A stretch of 64,000 nt of DNA from a virus (lineage: Duplodnaviria > Caudoviricetes): positions 21,941-85,940 of IMG/VR virus record IMGVR_UViG_3300032007_000058; one strand, 5' to 3'. Every line of letters starts with the position of its first letter. The stretch's first letter is position 1. The notes beneath the pieces are model-generated. The model was not told the origin of the DNA, did no database searches, and was given only the letters and a program-made list of their open reading frames with translations. A program made the position numbers and the translations under genes. Shown piece by piece: positions 62,301-64,000 of the stretch.

Positions 62301-62936
62301 GTGAGCGAGATGAGCAGACCCAGTAACGGGCTCGAGTTGGCGGGGAAGCACCGCGCCATCGTCGAAGATAATGATGACCCCATAAAACTAGGGCGATTGA
62401 AGGTGCGCATCCAGGCTGCATATGGAGCACAGCCATTGGAGAAGCTGCCTTGGGCTTGGCCCTGTCTTCCGTATGGCGGGATGCCGCAAACGGGGCTCTT
62501 TGCTATCCCAGATATCGGGTCGGGCGTATGGGTAGAGTTCCTCTGGAAAGACGGGCGGCCGGATACGACTTACCCCGTATGGACAGGGACTTGGCTCGCG
62601 GAAGATGAGACGCCTATCGAGGCGATAGGCCCCAAGGATCCTGTGCCGGGTGATGAGAAGGTCGTATCAAAACAGGTCTACCGCTATAAGGTCTTTAAGA
62701 CCACCGCAGGACACTCCATAACGCTCTGCGATCTCCCAGGTAAGGAGAGCGTGACGATAGAGCATGGGACGAAAGGGGCGATCATCCACATGGACAAGGA
62801 AGGGAATATCTCTATCTGTGGGCCAAAGAAGATCGCTATAGACGCAGGGGAAGAGCTTCTGCTCCGCGCGCCGCATATTCGGCAAGAGCGCGATGAGGGA
62901 AGCGCTGGGAGATACGACGATGTGGATCGGTCCTAG
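62301..62936 (+). CDS. baseplate spike protein (gpV/gp5 OB-fold)
   Basis: A.V.DN.DP.KLGR.KV, WA.P, P..G..VWVEF, PVW.G. Confidence 0.88.
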   Translation: MSEMSRPSNGLELAGKHRAIVEDNDDPIKLGRLKVRIQAAYGAQPLEKLPWAWPCLPYGGMPQTGLFAIPDIGSGVWVEFLWKDGRPDTTYPVWTGTWLAEDETPIEAIGPKDPVPGDEKVVSKQVYRYKVFKTTAGHSITLCDLPGKESVTIEHGTKGAIIHMDKEGNISICGPKKIAIDAGEELLLRAPHIRQERDEGSAGRYDDVDRS

Positions 62937-63318
62937 CTATCCTTTCCGTATCGGCGAGCGTGGGCTATTTAAGGATGGCACTGATATCGCTTTGATCGAG
63001 GGGAACATCTTGCAGATATTGGGGACTAGGAAGGGGGAGCGCGTGATGCTCCCCCTTTTTGGGTCGCGGATAATGGACTACATCTATGATCCGCTCGACC
63101 ATGTGACCTGTGCCCTTATCCGCTTTGAGCTCATCGATGCGATCAAGATGTGGGAACCGCGCGTCGTCCTGGACCAACAGAGGACGATGGTGACCCCATA
63201 CCCATCCGAGTTTCGTGTCATCGCTGATATGCGCTATTGGTTAAAGCCGCATGGAGACGCACGCCCCTTAGCTATCGAGATCAGCCGGAGCGGAGGTATC
63301 AGCTTATGGCAGGATTGA
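62920..63318 (+). CDS. baseplate wedge protein (gp25/gpW-like)
   Basis: ILGTRKGERVMLPLFGS, AIKMWEPRV. Confidence 0.88.
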   Translation: MWIGPSYPFRIGERGLFKDGTDIALIEGNILQILGTRKGERVMLPLFGSRIMDYIYDPLDHVTCALIRFELIDAIKMWEPRVVLDQQRTMVTPYPSEFRVIADMRYWLKPHGDARPLAIEISRSGGISLWQD

Positions 63319-64000
63319 CCCGTTTTCAATATGTAGATAAAGACCATGCGGGGATCGTGAGCGATTGTATCGCTCGCATAAAGGAGACTTATGGCGAGTC
63401 TCGGTGGAACGATTTTGAAGAGGATAGCTCTGGGGTCATGCTGCTAGAGGCATTTGCCTACGTAGTGGATCTATTGCTATTCTATCTTGACCACCAAGCG
63501 AACGAGACCTATCTTCCCACAGCGACAGAACGCCAAAACATGATAAACATAGCGAAACTCGTCGGGTACAAAGTTTCTGCTGCGCAACCGGCGTCTGTAG
63601 ATATTACCTTCGCGGTAGAAGAGCCTCATGGATACGATGTCACGATCCCTGCTAAGACGCGTATCGAGACATCGGACGGCATAGTATTCGAGACACGTGA
63701 GGTAGCGGTCATCTCTGCCGGGGAGCGTTCAGTCTCAGTCGGTGCTGTAGAGGGAGAGACATTTGAGGATGTCGTAGGGGTCTCTGATGGAGAGCCAGAT
63801 CAGGAGTTCTACCTTCCGCGCGCAGGCATTATCGAGTTGGTGGAGCTTGACGTGGGGGGGCATGTATGGGGGCTGGTAGATAGTATCGCCGATGCACTCC
63901 CGAAGGATATGGTGTTCATGGCTGACCTCGACGCCTGGGGGCGTGTACGTTTGATATTTGGGGATGGGCAGAACGGGCGCATCCCGCGCAGGGACGACAA
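63306..64000 (+). CDS. baseplate J-like protein, 3'-truncated by the window
   Basis: Translated by hand from ATG 63306: WNDFEEDSSGVMLLEAFAYVVDLLLFYLDHQANETYLPTATERQNMINIAKLVGY; no stop before the window end. Confidence 0.85.
   Translation, partial: MAGLTRFQYVDKDHAGIVSDCIARIKETYGESRWNDFEEDSSGVMLLEAFAYVVDLLLFYLDHQANETYLPTATERQNMINIAKLVGYKVSAAQPASVDITFAVEEPHGYDVTIPAKTRIETSDGIVFETREVAVISAGERSVSVGAVEGETFEDVVGVSDGEPDQEFYLPRAGIIELVELDVGGHVWGLVDSIADALPKDMVFMADLDAWGRVRLIFGDGQNGRIPRRDD

Noticed and set aside
54613-64000. Extracellular contractile injection system or T6SS
   Set aside because: The sheath/tube/gp25/spike set is co-linear with terminase, portal, protease, capsid and a long tape measure, which indicates a myovirus

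Overview
The whole 64 kb reads as one temperate myovirus genome in its unintegrated (attP) form. It is GC-rich, and the HU sequence suggests a Synergistota-like host (inference). Order: (1) 1-10 kb, a plus-strand accessory/early region of mostly unknown genes with repeated consensus promoters and hairpin leaders, plus HU and a CDC123/R2K-like ATP-grasp protein. (2) A tyrosine integrase and an attP whose core is the 3' half of tRNA-Gly(GCC). (3) Three tandem genes built from 11 copies of a Cys-rich ~55-aa repeat with degenerate HNH-like modules. (4) A leftward lysogeny/moron region: HigA-like, thyX, DUF6557-like, a dead AAA fragment, two membrane proteins, a secreted thermonuclease, an HsdR_N-domain protein, and a CI-like repressor lacking most of its HTH. 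(5) A rightward early operon: Cro, Xis-like, many ribbon-helix-helix proteins, Exo/Bet/SSB, dNMP kinase, MazG-like, five Lar-like genes, a DUF4942-type methyltransferase, replication initiator, RusA and an ArpU-like activator. (6) A late operon opening with ParB-like + DpdA/TGT-like + SAM methyltransferase + YhhQ transporter genes, then terminase, portal, a MuF-TNT toxin with immunity gene, a Kiwa-like remnant, head genes and a contractile tail/baseplate cut off by the window end. Best candidates for new biology: the salvage-type 7-deazaguanine DNA-modification cassette and the Cys-repeat gene array next to attP. All family assignments are from motif recognition by eye; no database searches were run.
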